Shown here: positions 31,100 to 42,500 of the stretch, one piece after another
Layout: each line of letters begins with the position of its first letter
Numbering within the stretch: position 1 is the stretch's first letter
Origin: Escherichia coli
GTDB taxonomy: Bacteria > Pseudomonadota > Gammaproteobacteria > Enterobacterales > Enterobacteriaceae
DNA: 64,000 bases
Assembly (NCBI RefSeq): GCF_965641715.1
Contig: NZ_OZ282453.1
Strand: one strand, 5' to 3'
Translations under genes and position numbers: made by a program
Notes under the pieces: generated by a model
Seen by the model: the letters and a program-made list of their open reading frames with translations, nothing else
Databases searched by the model: none
What the model was told of the DNA's origin: nothing

Positions 31100-32592
31100 A
31101 ATGTGTGCTCCTTGATGCGGGCGTGAAAGCCCTGAAGTGCGGCAATGAGATGCTGATAGCGTTGATATTTTTGTTGGTAAAGCTGATGGGCGGTCATATC
31201 CGGTAGCAGGGTGCGTACCGGGTGCTGCAAGTCACGTTGGGCTTCGCTGAAATCGCGATAAACCCCGGTGCCGACGCGGGCGGCAAGTGCCGCACCAAAG
31301 CAGCCGGTTTCTTCCACCTGCGGCAGCTCAATACGCAGGCCGCTAACGTCCGCCAGCATTTGCATCCAGACATCGGAGTGCGCCGGGCCGCCAGTCACGC
31401 GCAGGGTGTGCACATCAGTAAAACGTTCGCGCATCCGGTTGAGATGAGTCATATGGCAGAACACCACCCCTTCATAGATGGCCTGCAACAGGTGCGCGCG
31501 GGTGTGAATGGCCTGCATCCCGTAGAAACCGCTGGTCATCTCGAGTCCGGCGTTGCTGCCGTACAGGAATGGCAGGAAAAAGAGATCGCCACCGGCCTTC
31601 GGTAAGCTGGCAACGGCCTGGTTGATCTCATCAAACGAGATTTCTCCCCACTGTGCGGTAAACCATTCGAGGTTGCCGGAAGAGGTAGGGCTGGCTTCGT
31701 GAACGATAAATTCACCATCGTTAACGTAGCGACCATAGACATACGGATGCGCTTCACCGTCACGTAAACCACGGGTTATGCCGCTGGTCACCGCCCAGGT
31801 GCCCATCACCGCATTAAGGGTAAATTCGTCTTCGATCCCGGCACAGAGTGCGGTGGAAACCACATCAAACAGGCCGCCGACAACGGGCGTACCCGCTTTC
31901 AGACCGGTCAGTACGGCTGTCTGAGCGGTGATCTCCCCGCAGATTTCGGCAGATCCGACAACAGGCGGCAGGGTGTGATTGATTTCAGCGATCCCCAGCC
32001 AGTCGGTGAGGCACGGGTCATATTCCCCAAGACTCATGTTGTAGAGATTGGACTCAGAAATATTGCTCTCTTCACAGCCTTTGACGCCGGTTAAACACCA
32101 GCGCAGGTAGTCGTGCGTCATCATCACGCAGCCAATTTGCGCGTAGCGTTCTGGTTCGTGCTCTTTCAGCCAGCGTAACAGCGACACCGGATGCCCGGTC
32201 CACAAGGTTTGTCGGGTCAACGGGTAGAGTTTTTCCGGGATGCCATCTTCCTGCCAGCGACGAACGATTTCCATCGCCCGGCGATCCGAGGACAAAATGG
32301 CGTTACCGAGCGGCTTGTTGTTTTTATCCAGCAAAAACAAGCCCTTTCCCTGTGCGGAGATACCGATACCCACTATTTGCTCCCCGCTAACGCCGGAATG
32401 GGTAAGCAGGGCGCGAATGACAGCCATGCAGCATTGCCACAGTTCTGCCATATCGCGCTCTGCCCAACCTGGCTGCGGGCTTAATGCGCACAGCGGCAGG
32501 CGCTGCACGCCTGCCTCCCGGCCTTCGCGGTCATACAGCCCGGCTTTCAGCCAGCTACCGCCACAATCTAACCCCAGCCAGTATTGCGTCAT
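31096..32592 (-). CDS. lyxK: L-xylulose/3-keto-L-gulonate kinase, 498 aa
   Basis: FGGY carbohydrate kinase family; length and position match. Confidence 0.92.
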   Translation of the reverse strand: MTQYWLGLDCGGSWLKAGLYDREGREAGVQRLPLCALSPQPGWAERDMAELWQCCMAVIRALLTHSGVSGEQIVGIGISAQGKGLFLLDKNNKPLGNAILSSDRRAMEIVRRWQEDGIPEKLYPLTRQTLWTGHPVSLLRWLKEHEPERYAQIGCVMMTHDYLRWCLTGVKGCEESNISESNLYNMSLGEYDPCLTDWLGIAEINHTLPPVVGSAEICGEITAQTAVLTGLKAGTPVVGGLFDVVSTALCAGIEDEFTLNAVMGTWAVTSGITRGLRDGEAHPYVYGRYVNDGEFIVHEASPTSSGNLEWFTAQWGEISFDEINQAVASLPKAGGDLFFLPFLYGSNAGLEMTSGFYGMQAIHTRAHLLQAIYEGVVFCHMTHLNRMRERFTDVHTLRVTGGPAHSDVWMQMLADVSGLRIELPQVEETGCFGAALAARVGTGVYRDFSEAQRDLQHPVRTLLPDMTAHQLYQQKYQRYQHLIAALQGFHARIKEHTL

Positions 32593-32595
32593 GGT

Positions 32596-33582
32596 TTATT
32601 GCACCTCATCCACGGCTTTCAGCAGATCAGCGCCCTGCGGCACATCTTTAACAAACATGTCACGAACCTGATTCCCCAGTGCGTCACTAAAGGCTTTGCG
32701 GTCGAGATCGGTAATCACTTCCACGCCCGCTTCTTTCATGCCGTCGATGATTTTTTGCTGATCTTCAGCAACCAGTTTGCGCTGATAGTTACCCGCTTCT
32801 TGTGCAGATGAAACTAGCGCCTGCTGGAACTCCGGACTTAAGTCATCAAACTTCGCTTTGTTGATCACCACCAGAAGCGGGGAATAGGCGTGGTGCGTCA
32901 GAGAAAGATACTTCTGTACTTCGAAAAATTTTGCTGACCAGACGACGTTGATCGGGTGTTCCTGAGCATCGATAGTGCGCGTTTCCAGCCCGGTATAGAC
33001 TTCGGCAAACGGCATCGGGATCGGGTTAGCGCCAAAAACTTTGAATGCCGCGATATTCATCGGACTATTGTTGGTGCGGATTTTCAGCCCTTTCAGGTCG
33101 GCGGGGGTTTTAACCGGTGCGCGCGAGTTGGTGACATCGCGCCAGCCGTTTTCCCAGTAGGCCAGTACTTTCAGTCCCTTACCTTCAAGGGAGACTTTCA
33201 GGTCATCACCGACTTTGCCGTCGAGCGTTTTATGCGCGTGAGCGGTATCGCGGAACAGGAAAGGGACGTCGAGCAGGTTGATGACGGGCGAGAGCCCCGT
33301 AAAGTTGTTAGAGCCAGACATCTCCATATCAATAGTGCCGCCACGTACGCCGCTGATCATCGCCTGCGCGTTACCGAGGGTGCTATCCGGGAACAGTTTT
33401 AATTTCAGCTCGCCTTTGGTTCTCTCCTGCAATAACTCATTGAATTTTTTCGCCGCAATATGTTGCGAGTCGGTTTGTGATGTTTCATAACCGAAACGTA
33501 AAGATTGTGCCGCCAGAGAAGATGTGCTGAATGCAGCCAGGCCAGCAATGAATAATGCATAGGTTACAGAGCGTAATTTCAT
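32596..33582 (-). CDS. yiaO: TRAP transporter periplasmic substrate-binding protein, 328 aa
   Basis: Signal peptide plus DctP-like sequence; order yiaM-yiaN-yiaO. Confidence 0.92.
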   Translation of the reverse strand: MKLRSVTYALFIAGLAAFSTSSLAAQSLRFGYETSQTDSQHIAAKKFNELLQERTKGELKLKLFPDSTLGNAQAMISGVRGGTIDMEMSGSNNFTGLSPVINLLDVPFLFRDTAHAHKTLDGKVGDDLKVSLEGKGLKVLAYWENGWRDVTNSRAPVKTPADLKGLKIRTNNSPMNIAAFKVFGANPIPMPFAEVYTGLETRTIDAQEHPINVVWSAKFFEVQKYLSLTHHAYSPLLVVINKAKFDDLSPEFQQALVSSAQEAGNYQRKLVAEDQQKIIDGMKEAGVEVITDLDRKAFSDALGNQVRDMFVKDVPQGADLLKAVDEVQ

Positions 33583-33594
33583 AATATTTTCCTT

Positions 33595-34872
33595 TTAATT
33601 AATCCATTTCAAAGGGAGGATGATGAGATCGGGAATAAAAACAAATACGACTAATAAGGAATATAAAACCAGGACATAAGGGAAAACGCCTCTGACTGCA
33701 TCATCGAATTTGAGTTTTGCCACCCCTGAAATAACGTTAAGCACATTACCGATAGGCGGTGTAATTAAGCCGATTGAGCAGTTAATGATAAACATGACAC
33801 CGAAATAAATCGGATCGATTCCTGCCTCTTTAACTAAAGGCATTAATACCGGGGTAAGAATTAATACCGTCGGCGTTAAATCCATGACCATGCCAACAAT
33901 CAGGATAGCCACCATAATGACGATAAACAGCAGACGCGGTGAATCGACCAACGGTTGTAGTAAATCAGAAACCATCATCGGCAGTTCAGCAATGGTAATC
34001 AGCCAGGCGGAAACTTGTGCCGAGGCCACCAGAAACATCACCACTGAGGTGGTTTTCGCCGCGCCAATAAGCACATGCCAAAGTGTGGCGAAGGTCATTT
34101 CACGGTAAATAACCGTGGCGACAAATAACGCATAGAAAGCAGCAACAGCCCCGGCTTCGGTAGGGGTAAACAGACCGGAGCGAAAACCCCCAATAATGAT
34201 GACCGGAAGAAACAGCGCCCAAATACCGGAGACAAAAGAGTGCCAGATTTCCTGCATCGTCGCTTTTTGCTGGCGGGGTAAATTAAGACGACTGGCCTGC
34301 CACCACCAGGTAAGCATCAGTGTTGCGCCCATCATAATGCCTGGGGCAATGCCCGCCATAAACAGCTTACTGATGGATAATCCGCTGGAAACACCGAAGA
34401 TAATAAATGGAATGGAAGGGGGAATAATTGGCGCGATAATTCCGCCAGAGGCAATTAGCCCCGCCGCCCGGTTGACCGGGTAGTTGGCGCTGCGCATCAT
34501 CGGCACCAGTAGAGCTGCAACGGCAGCGGTATCTGCAACGGCAGAACCGGAAAGGCTCGCCATAATCATTGCCGCCAGCACGCCGACGTAGCCAAGCCCA
34601 CCAGGCTTATGCCCCACCAGTTTCATCGGCAGGTCAACAATGCGTTTCGACAAGCCGCCCGCATTCATGATTTCACCCGCCAGCACAAAGAACGGGATCG
34701 CCAGCAGGGAGAAGCTGTCGGCACCGTTCACCAGCGTTTGTGCCATGATCTGGACATCAAACATATCCAGCCAGAACATTAACGCTGCGCCACATAACAA
34801 AAGCGCCCAGGCAATAGGCAAACCGATAGCAATGCCACCCAACAGGCAGCCCAGAAAAATCAGCACAGCCAT
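33595..34872 (-). CDS. yiaN: TRAP transporter large permease (DctM-like), 425 aa
   Basis: Polytopic membrane protein, DctM family. Confidence 0.92.
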   Translation of the reverse strand: MAVLIFLGCLLGGIAIGLPIAWALLLCGAALMFWLDMFDVQIMAQTLVNGADSFSLLAIPFFVLAGEIMNAGGLSKRIVDLPMKLVGHKPGGLGYVGVLAAMIMASLSGSAVADTAAVAALLVPMMRSANYPVNRAAGLIASGGIIAPIIPPSIPFIIFGVSSGLSISKLFMAGIAPGIMMGATLMLTWWWQASRLNLPRQQKATMQEIWHSFVSGIWALFLPVIIIGGFRSGLFTPTEAGAVAAFYALFVATVIYREMTFATLWHVLIGAAKTTSVVMFLVASAQVSAWLITIAELPMMVSDLLQPLVDSPRLLFIVIMVAILIVGMVMDLTPTVLILTPVLMPLVKEAGIDPIYFGVMFIINCSIGLITPPIGNVLNVISGVAKLKFDDAVRGVFPYVLVLYSLLVVFVFIPDLIILPLKWIN

Positions 34873-34874
34873 GA

Positions 34875-35348
34875 TTAAGCTCCTTGCGGTGGCGGCGTTA
34901 GAGAATTGCTACGCGTGATGAGTTGATATAAATGACGCAGTTCAAAGAAAGCGATAACGAGGCTGGTGGGCAGACAAGCGGCATACATCAGGCCGATGGG
35001 CAAACCGAGGATCGGTGAATAATCGCTCCAGTCCTGAATTGTTTTTAGCGTTGCGCCCCAGGCCAGTGCACTACAAATAAATAAGATTAAGGAATGGGTG
35101 ACCAGAGCGACTCGTCGCTGCCATGCGGGGGAGAGTTTCTCCACCAGAAAGGTGACCTGAACGTGGGCGTTATCCATAAAAGCCACAATCGCGCCAATAA
35201 ACGTTAACCAGACAAATAAATAACGTGACAATTCATCTACAGATAAAATGCTTGTCTGAAAACCATATCTTAAAATAATGTTTATAAACACAATACAGGA
35301 AAGTACGGCGAGATTAATCGCCAGTATTGCTTCGAGTATTTTTTTCAT
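34875..35348 (-). CDS. yiaM: TRAP transporter small permease (DctQ-like), 157 aa
   Basis: Four predicted transmembrane helices; immediately upstream of yiaN. Confidence 0.9.
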   Translation of the reverse strand: MKKILEAILAINLAVLSCIVFINIILRYGFQTSILSVDELSRYLFVWLTFIGAIVAFMDNAHVQVTFLVEKLSPAWQRRVALVTHSLILFICSALAWGATLKTIQDWSDYSPILGLPIGLMYAACLPTSLVIAFFELRHLYQLITRSNSLTPPPQGA

Positions 35349-35465
35349 AGCTATTCCTTGAGGCGATGTCTGTCATAATTCAAGTTGCATGTGCAGCAAC
35401 CTGAATTATTAATATAGTTAGAGCAATAACATTACCCAGGCGTTCTGGCGTAGACGATTATTCGA

Positions 35466-35936
<471 letters not shown>

Positions 35937-35944
35937 TTATCTCC

Positions 35945-36943
35945 TCATAACGCCTGGATTTTGGCCCACACGCTGTCATCAACAGTGATGCCGTTACGGC
36001 GGTTTTCGGCCAGCAGGGTAGTAAATTCATGGCCGGGTAAGCGGATGGCCTGGTTTTCGTCAGCGCGTTCAGCGGTAGTAACGTAATCCATGATGCGTTG
36101 CAGCTTGGCATCGCGGGTGGGGCCGTCGATCAATTTATCCACTTCGATGGCGATAAAGATTTGCGAAACGCCGTATTCGTCGCTGTTGTCCTGGGTGACT
36201 TCGGCAACCGATGCGCCGTCGGAAAGGAGAGTAGCGATCATATCCAGCACAATCGACATGCCAGAACCTTTCCAGTAGCCCATCGGCAAAATGCGGCGAT
36301 TCTTCTCGATAACGCCAGGTTCTTTGGTCAAATTGCCCTCATCATCAAAGCCACCATCGACCGGGAGCTGACGGCCCGCCAGGCGGTTAACTTCTAACAT
36401 GCCGTAAGAGAACATCGACATCGACATATCGACCATGGTGATCGGCGTGGAAGGAATGGCGACGATCAGCGGGTTAGTGCCGATGCGACACTCTTTTGCG
36501 CCCCACGGCGGCATTACGGCGATGGAGTTGGTCCAGCAAATGCCAATATAGCCTTTTTCCGCCGCCTGCCAGCCGTAGCTGCCGCCGCGCATCCAGTGGT
36601 TGGCATTACGAAGTGCCACCAGACCAATACCGTGATCGGCAGCCAGTTCAATGGCGCGATCCATCATCTTTTTCGCCGTCAGGTTGCCGATCGAACGCTG
36701 GGCATCCCACTGTTCAATTGCGCCGAGGCTGGTTATACGTTTGGGTTGGGCATCAGGAATGATATCGCCGTTTTCCAGTTGTTGAATGAAACGAGGGAAA
36801 CGATTAACGCCGTGAGAATAAACGCCGGATTCGGTGGTGCGGGCGAACATCTCTGCACAGGCGTCAGCCGTTTCACTGTCAACGCCGCGTGAAATTAAGA
36901 CTCGATTAAAGGCTGCTTTTAACTGCTCAAATGTCACTTTCAT
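35945..36943 (-). CDS. yiaK: 2,3-diketo-L-gulonate reductase, 332 aa
   Basis: Ldh2-family dehydrogenase sequence; first gene of the operon, divergent from yiaJ. Confidence 0.92.
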   Translation of the reverse strand: MKVTFEQLKAAFNRVLISRGVDSETADACAEMFARTTESGVYSHGVNRFPRFIQQLENGDIIPDAQPKRITSLGAIEQWDAQRSIGNLTAKKMMDRAIELAADHGIGLVALRNANHWMRGGSYGWQAAEKGYIGICWTNSIAVMPPWGAKECRIGTNPLIVAIPSTPITMVDMSMSMFSYGMLEVNRLAGRQLPVDGGFDDEGNLTKEPGVIEKNRRILPMGYWKGSGMSIVLDMIATLLSDGASVAEVTQDNSDEYGVSQIFIAIEVDKLIDGPTRDAKLQRIMDYVTTAERADENQAIRLPGHEFTTLLAENRRNGITVDDSVWAKIQAL

Positions 36944-37144
36944 CCCAGGCTTCCTTGTTTTTTTTGATCGCTTTTTTGGCTTAAAATTTCAATATGCGAA
37001 ACTTGATTTCAAATATATCGATCACTTTTTAACAAAGCAATCGGATTGACGAATTCAAAAAAACTTAAGAATCAAGTGGTTATAAATTATCTGTCGAGAT
37101 CGTGAACTACGGCACACTTTGCGCTACCATCAGGACGCGACAAA
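36944..37144. promoter_or_regulatory. Divergent yiaJ / yiaK-operon promoter region (site of YiaJ autoregulation and operon repression)
   Basis: Intergenic position between divergent genes; function from established knowledge of the yiaK-S operon; no specific operator resolved by eye. Confidence 0.4.
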
Positions 37145-37993
37145 ATGGGGAAAGAAGTGATGGGGAAAAAAGAGAACGAGATGGCGCAGGAAAAAGAGCG
37201 TCCAGCCGGAAGCCAGAGTCTGTTTCGCGGGTTGATGCTGATTGAGATTTTGAGCAACTATCCAAACGGTTGTCCGTTGGCTCATCTTTCGGAGCTGGCT
37301 GGTTTAAATAAGAGTACCGTCCATCGCTTATTGCAGGGATTACAGTCCTGCGGCTATGTGACCACCGCGCCCGCTGCAGGGAGTTATCGCCTGACCACCA
37401 AATTTATTGCCGTCGGGCAGAAGGCGCTATCTTCGCTGAATATCATTCATATCGCCGCTCCGCATCTTGAGGCACTGAACATCGCCACTGGTGAAACCAT
37501 TAACTTCTCCAGCCGCGAAGACGATCACGCTATTTTGATTTATAAGCTGGAACCCACAACCGGGATGCTGCGAACCCGTGCCTATATTGGCCAGCATATG
37601 CCGCTCTACTGTTCCGCAATGGGCAAGATCTACATGGCGTTTGGTCACCCGGACTACGTGAAGTCATACTGGGAAAGCCATCAGCATGAGATCCAGCCGT
37701 TAACCCGCAATACCATTACCGAGCTGCCCGCGATGTTCGACGAACTGGCGCACATTCGTGAAAGCGGAGCGGCGATGGACAGAGAAGAAAACGAACTCGG
37801 CGTCTCCTGTATTGCTGTTCCGGTGTTTGATATTCATGGGCGGGTGCCGTACGCCGTGTCGATTTCGCTTTCGACATCACGTCTGAAACAGGTGGGAGAG
37901 AAAAATCTCCTGAAACCACTGCGTGAAACCGCGCAGGCTATTTCTAATGAACTGGGATTTACTGTCAGGGATGACCTGGGCGCGATCACATAA
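37145..37993 (+). CDS. yiaJ: IclR-family transcriptional repressor of the yiaK-S operon, 282 aa
   Basis: IclR-type N-terminal helix-turn-helix (LSELAGLNKSTVHRLLQGL) and C-terminal effector domain. Confidence 0.9.
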   Translation: MGKEVMGKKENEMAQEKERPAGSQSLFRGLMLIEILSNYPNGCPLAHLSELAGLNKSTVHRLLQGLQSCGYVTTAPAAGSYRLTTKFIAVGQKALSSLNIIHIAAPHLEALNIATGETINFSSREDDHAILIYKLEPTTGMLRTRAYIGQHMPLYCSAMGKIYMAFGHPDYVKSYWESHQHEIQPLTRNTITELPAMFDELAHIRESGAAMDREENELGVSCIAVPVFDIHGRVPYAVSISLSTSRLKQVGEKNLLKPLRETAQAISNELGFTVRDDLGAIT

Positions 37994-38094
37994 CGCTTTG
38001 GACAAGTGCCAAAACTTTAACATTTCCTTCGTTGGATCAAAGCAGTAGGGACGCGCTCTCTGGCACTCTGCTGTTTTAGTGCAAAGGAGTGATC

Positions 38095-38568
38095 ATGAAC
38101 CGGTTTATTATTGCGGATGCGACGAAATGTATCGGTTGCCGTACCTGTGAAGTGGCTTGCGCAGTGTCGCATCAGGAAAATCAGGATTGCGCTGCGTTGT
38201 CACCAGACGAGTTTATTTCCCGTATTCGTGTTATTAAAGACCACTGCTGGACCACGGCAGTAGCCTGTCATCAGTGTGAAGATGCACCGTGCGCGAATGT
38301 CTGCCCTGTTGACGCGATAAGCCGCGAACATGGGCATATTTTCGTTGAACAATCACGTTGCATTGGCTGTAAAAGCTGTATGCTGGCTTGCCCGTTTGGT
38401 GCGATGGAGGTCGTTTCTTCGCGCAAAAAGGCGAGGGCGATTAAGTGCGATCTGTGCTGGCATCGGGCGACGGGACCGGCCTGTGTTGAAGCCTGCCCGA
38501 CAAAGGCGTTGCAGTGCATGGATGTCGAGAAAGTGCAGCGGCATCGGCTACGGCAGCAGCCTGTTTGA
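38095..38568 (+). CDS. ysaA: 4Fe-4S ferredoxin-type protein, 157 aa
   Basis: Multiple CxxCxxCxxxCP clusters; ATG 38095 preceded by SD aaggag (ORF track begins at GTG 38089). Confidence 0.88.
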   Translation: MNRFIIADATKCIGCRTCEVACAVSHQENQDCAALSPDEFISRIRVIKDHCWTTAVACHQCEDAPCANVCPVDAISREHGHIFVEQSRCIGCKSCMLACPFGAMEVVSSRKKARAIKCDLCWHRATGPACVEACPTKALQCMDVEKVQRHRLRQQPV

Positions 38569-38614
38569 AACGTTTTTCCGGCGTTTCTCAACGCCGGAAT
38601 AGTGCGCTTTGTTT

Positions 38615-38717
38615 ATGCCAGATGCGGCGTAAACGCCTTATCCGGCCTACAAATTCTTCCAAATTCAATATATTGCAGAAATCATGTAGGCCTGATAAGC
38701 GTAGCGCATCAGGCAAT
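38615..38717. repeat. REP pair (BIME) between ysaA and avtA
   Basis: Units gatgcggcgtaaacgccttatccggcctac and gtaggcctgataagcgtagcgcatcaggcaat. Confidence 0.65.
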
Positions 38718-38719
38718 TT

Positions 38720-39973
38720 TTAGTGACTTTCAGCCCAGGCTCTTTCTATCTCTTCTGCCAGAATCTTCACACCCGCCTCAATTTTATCCGGCTCCGGCAC
38801 GTAGTTCATGCGCATACATTGATGTGTATGTGGCCACGGTTTATCCAGTCCTGGGAAGAAGTTGTGCCCCGGCACCATCAGCACGCCGCGTGCTTTCAGG
38901 CGCTGATAGAGCTGCTCGGTCGTAATGGGCAAATCCTTAAACCATAGCCAGAGGAAAATGGCTCCTTCCGGTTTATGAATCAGGCAGCGATTTTCCGGTA
39001 AATAGCGGCGAATGATGGCGATAGTTTCCTGAACACGCTGGTAGTAAAACGGTTTGATGACTGTTTCAGACAGGCGCAGCAGATCGTTACGCTTAATCAT
39101 TTCATACATCATCGCCGGACCAATACCGCCAGGTGCCAGGCTGATAATGCCGTTCATATTGGTGATGGCGGTGATGATTTTTTCATTGGCGATGATAATG
39201 CCGCAGCGGGAGCCAGGTAGACCCAGCTTGGAAAGACTCATGCACAGCACGATATTCGGATTCCATAGCGGGCGCGCTTCACTGAAGATGATACCCGGGA
39301 ACGGGACGCCATAAGCGTTATCAATTACCAGCGGAATACCGTGTTGATTCGCCAGCGCGTCAAGCTTCAGCAACTCTTCGTCAGTAATCACATTGCCTGT
39401 TGGATTCGTCGGCCGGGAGACGCAAATCATCCCGGTTTCTTCGCCAATATGCAGATGCTCAAAATCGACGTGGTATTTAAACTGGCCTTCAGGCAGCAGT
39501 TCAATATTCGGACGCGCAGAGACAAACAGATCTTCTTCCAGTCCGGCGTCAGCGTAGCCAATGTATTCCGGTGCCAGCGGGAACAGCACTTTTTTGACCC
39601 GACCATCGGCACGGCGTCCGGCAAACAGATTAAATAAGTAGAAAAACGCGCTCTGGCTGCCGTTTGTTAGTGCAATATTCTGTGGTTCGATATCCCAACC
39701 CAACTTCTCGCGCAGCATTCCGGCAAGCAGTGTGAGTAGCTCCGTTTTCCCCTGTGGACCGTCGTAGTTACACAGTGCATCAGTCGCTTTGCCACTTTCC
39801 AGCATGTCGGTCAGTAGCGTCTGGAAGTAGTCCTGCATTTCCGGGATCTGCGCCGGATTACCGCCGCCGAGCATAATCGCGCCAGGCGTGCGTAAACCGT
39901 CGTTCAGATCTTCCATCAGCAGCGTAATGCCGGAGTGGCGGGTAAATTTGTCACCAAAAAGGGAGAATGTCAT
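38720..39973 (-). CDS. avtA: Valine-pyruvate aminotransferase, 417 aa
   Basis: Start refined to ATG 39973 (MTFSLFGDKFTRHSGITLLMEDL...), giving the K-12 length; class I aminotransferase. Confidence 0.9.
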   Translation of the reverse strand: MTFSLFGDKFTRHSGITLLMEDLNDGLRTPGAIMLGGGNPAQIPEMQDYFQTLLTDMLESGKATDALCNYDGPQGKTELLTLLAGMLREKLGWDIEPQNIALTNGSQSAFFYLFNLFAGRRADGRVKKVLFPLAPEYIGYADAGLEEDLFVSARPNIELLPEGQFKYHVDFEHLHIGEETGMICVSRPTNPTGNVITDEELLKLDALANQHGIPLVIDNAYGVPFPGIIFSEARPLWNPNIVLCMSLSKLGLPGSRCGIIIANEKIITAITNMNGIISLAPGGIGPAMMYEMIKRNDLLRLSETVIKPFYYQRVQETIAIIRRYLPENRCLIHKPEGAIFLWLWFKDLPITTEQLYQRLKARGVLMVPGHNFFPGLDKPWPHTHQCMRMNYVPEPDKIEAGVKILAEEIERAWAESH

Positions 39974-40150
39974 AGCGGGATATCTGTCGAACTCTGTAGC
40001 AAGGAAGGTAACAATAACGCTACATTTGCTGGGGTGCAAATCGGTCTGTTGAAGAGTGATTGGTGCTTTATCCTGCAACGCTGATTAGGGCTGACATTTT
40101 ATCCTGGTTGGCGGCTTCCCGAGGTACTGACGAACGGGAAGCCGGAAAAG

Positions 40151-42181
40151 TCACTGTTGCCCAGCCCAGATGACCAGCACTTTATCGTCGCCATGCTCAC
40201 GAACAAAGCCGTAGCCCTGCTTCAGCGAAAGTGTCGTTTGTTTGCCCGCGCCAATTGCGGGATGGCGGGCGCGGAACTGGCTGATTTTCTGCCAGTGCGC
40301 GACGCTGGCGGCAGATTTACCGCTAACATCCTGCCAGTTCATATCCGAACGTGTACCTTGCAGCGGATCAGAACCTGTAGGACCGAACGGACGCGAGGAT
40401 TCATCACCATAAAAGATTTGTACCGCGCCTGGCGCTAATAGTAATAACTCTGCTGCTTTGTCGCCCCCTTCACGGAACAGGCGGGTATCATGCGACGAGA
40501 GGTAGCTCAACACGTTGAAACCCTGCAATTTCTCCGCCATTTGCTGCCAGGTCGTATCCATCTGCGCCAGACAATCGACTGCTTTCGCCGCCTGCTCCTG
40601 ATAATCGAAATTGATCATCGCATCGAAGCCGTGGCGATAGTAGTCACTTTGCATCACGCCGTGGCCCCAGGCTTCACCGGTCATCCAGAAAGGTTTGTCA
40701 TCTAATGCTTTGTCGGGGTTAGCTTTTTTCCATTCGCGAAGCGCGGCGCTGGCTTCGGTTTTCAGTTGCTGCCAGGCGGGCAACTCAACATGTTTGGCGG
40801 TATCAACTCGAAAACCATCAATCCCATAGTCGCGGACCCACTGACTTAACCAGTGGGTTAAGTAATCGCGAGGGGTAAAGCCGTCGATGACTTTAGCGTG
40901 GGTATCCGTTTTGTTTTTATAGAACACCGGCAGACCAGAAGCGGTCGTTGATTCGGTTTTGATATCCGGCAAAAAGGCCAGCGACATAGTGAGATCGTCA
41001 AATCCAGGATTGTCGTAATCGCCGATATCCGTTCTGATCCAGTTTTTTCCCCACCATTTATCCCAGCCTGTTTTGTCGCTGAAATTAATGTAATCGTTAA
41101 AGCTATGCCAGGTTTGCCCGGCGGCAGGTTCCCAGTCGCTCCAGCGTTCACCCAGCGTTTTTTTTACTTCGTCACCAGAAAGATATAACGCGCCAAACTG
41201 ATACTCCTGCATATCCGCCAGCGTGGCATAGCCGGTGTGGTTCATCACGACATCAAAGAGAATACGAATACCGCGCTGATGCGCGCTATCAACCAGCGTC
41301 CGTAGATCGGCTTCGCTGCCCATATTGGCATCAAGATTCGTCCAGTCCTGTGTGTAATAACCGTGGTAGGCATAATGCGGGAAATCACCTTTTGTACCGC
41401 CGCCGACCCAGCCGTGAATTTGCTCAAATGGGGCGCTTATCCACAAAGCATTGACGCCCAGCTGCTGGAGATAATCCAGTTTGTTGGTCAGGCCGCGTAA
41501 ATCGCCGCCGTGAAAAGTACCTATTTCTGCCATACCGTCTTTATGACGTCCGTAACTCTGGTCATTACTGGGATCGCCGTTTTCGAAACGATCTGTCAGC
41601 ACAAAGTAAACCGTGGCGTTATGCCAGTCGAAAGGGGCAGGGACGTCAGTTTCTGCCCGTTCCAGCAGGAGTAAACCGTTGCTGGTGGCAGCGGGTTGTA
41701 ACGTTATTTGACCGTTCTTCACTATCGCAATTTGCTGGCTGTAATAATCCCGTACGGCGGCTCCTTCCGGAAAAGTGGCGCTGACATCCAGCGTGAGCGG
41801 TAATCCATCCCATTTCGGGCATACACGGACCTGGTTTGCTACCGGTTCGGCGGCGTTCTGGATGGAAATCATCAATGTTGGCGTGCCGGAGCGGGTGTCT
41901 ATTTGCAGCGTATATTCGCCGTCCCTGAACAATCGCCATTGAGGCGGCGTGTTGCTACAAGGTTGCAGGGAAAGCATCTGATTGAGTTTTATCGCATCCG
42001 CAGGCTGCCAGCACTGTTGGTCAAAATTTAGCGTTAGTGGACGCGTACCTTTGGGCAACTGCGCGTGGCTGACAAATGTTCCCGCTCCCTGTTCACTAAA
42101 GGCAGGGAACCCCGGAGAAGTCCAGCTGGCGGCAACGGCGAAGCCAGGAAGGAGTGTCAGAAAACAGGCGGCGAGTTTCAT
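40151..42181 (-). CDS. malS: Periplasmic alpha-amylase, 676 aa
   Basis: Signal peptide plus GH13 catalytic regions (GFRVDTAKH, FDVVMNH); length match. Confidence 0.93.
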   Translation of the reverse strand: MKLAACFLTLLPGFAVAASWTSPGFPAFSEQGAGTFVSHAQLPKGTRPLTLNFDQQCWQPADAIKLNQMLSLQPCSNTPPQWRLFRDGEYTLQIDTRSGTPTLMISIQNAAEPVANQVRVCPKWDGLPLTLDVSATFPEGAAVRDYYSQQIAIVKNGQITLQPAATSNGLLLLERAETDVPAPFDWHNATVYFVLTDRFENGDPSNDQSYGRHKDGMAEIGTFHGGDLRGLTNKLDYLQQLGVNALWISAPFEQIHGWVGGGTKGDFPHYAYHGYYTQDWTNLDANMGSEADLRTLVDSAHQRGIRILFDVVMNHTGYATLADMQEYQFGALYLSGDEVKKTLGERWSDWEPAAGQTWHSFNDYINFSDKTGWDKWWGKNWIRTDIGDYDNPGFDDLTMSLAFLPDIKTESTTASGLPVFYKNKTDTHAKVIDGFTPRDYLTHWLSQWVRDYGIDGFRVDTAKHVELPAWQQLKTEASAALREWKKANPDKALDDKPFWMTGEAWGHGVMQSDYYRHGFDAMINFDYQEQAAKAVDCLAQMDTTWQQMAEKLQGFNVLSYLSSHDTRLFREGGDKAAELLLLAPGAVQIFYGDESSRPFGPTGSDPLQGTRSDMNWQDVSGKSAASVAHWQKISQFRARHPAIGAGKQTTLSLKQGYGFVREHGDDKVLVIWAGQQ

Positions 42182-42500
42182 GGCGGATGAGTCCTTATTG
42201 CTGCGATTTCAGACAGTTTGCCAGCGATAAGCCAAACAAAACTCATCCCTGAGCGGTAAGTCCACAGGATGAGAAGCAAGGTTGAGCGATCTCGCGCAAA
42301 AAACGGCTGAATTTTGCGATAAACCCCACATTTTCTGCGATTTAGCGCCAATCTGAATCGTTAACACGTGACATAGTTTCAGATTTGGACTATTCCTTGG
42401 GGTGCTCTTGACAGCTATTTTTGATATGATTTGAGATTCAACTCTCAAATTTGTGAAAAATATAAGGTGTTGGAATGATTAAATCCGACCAGGAGACCTG

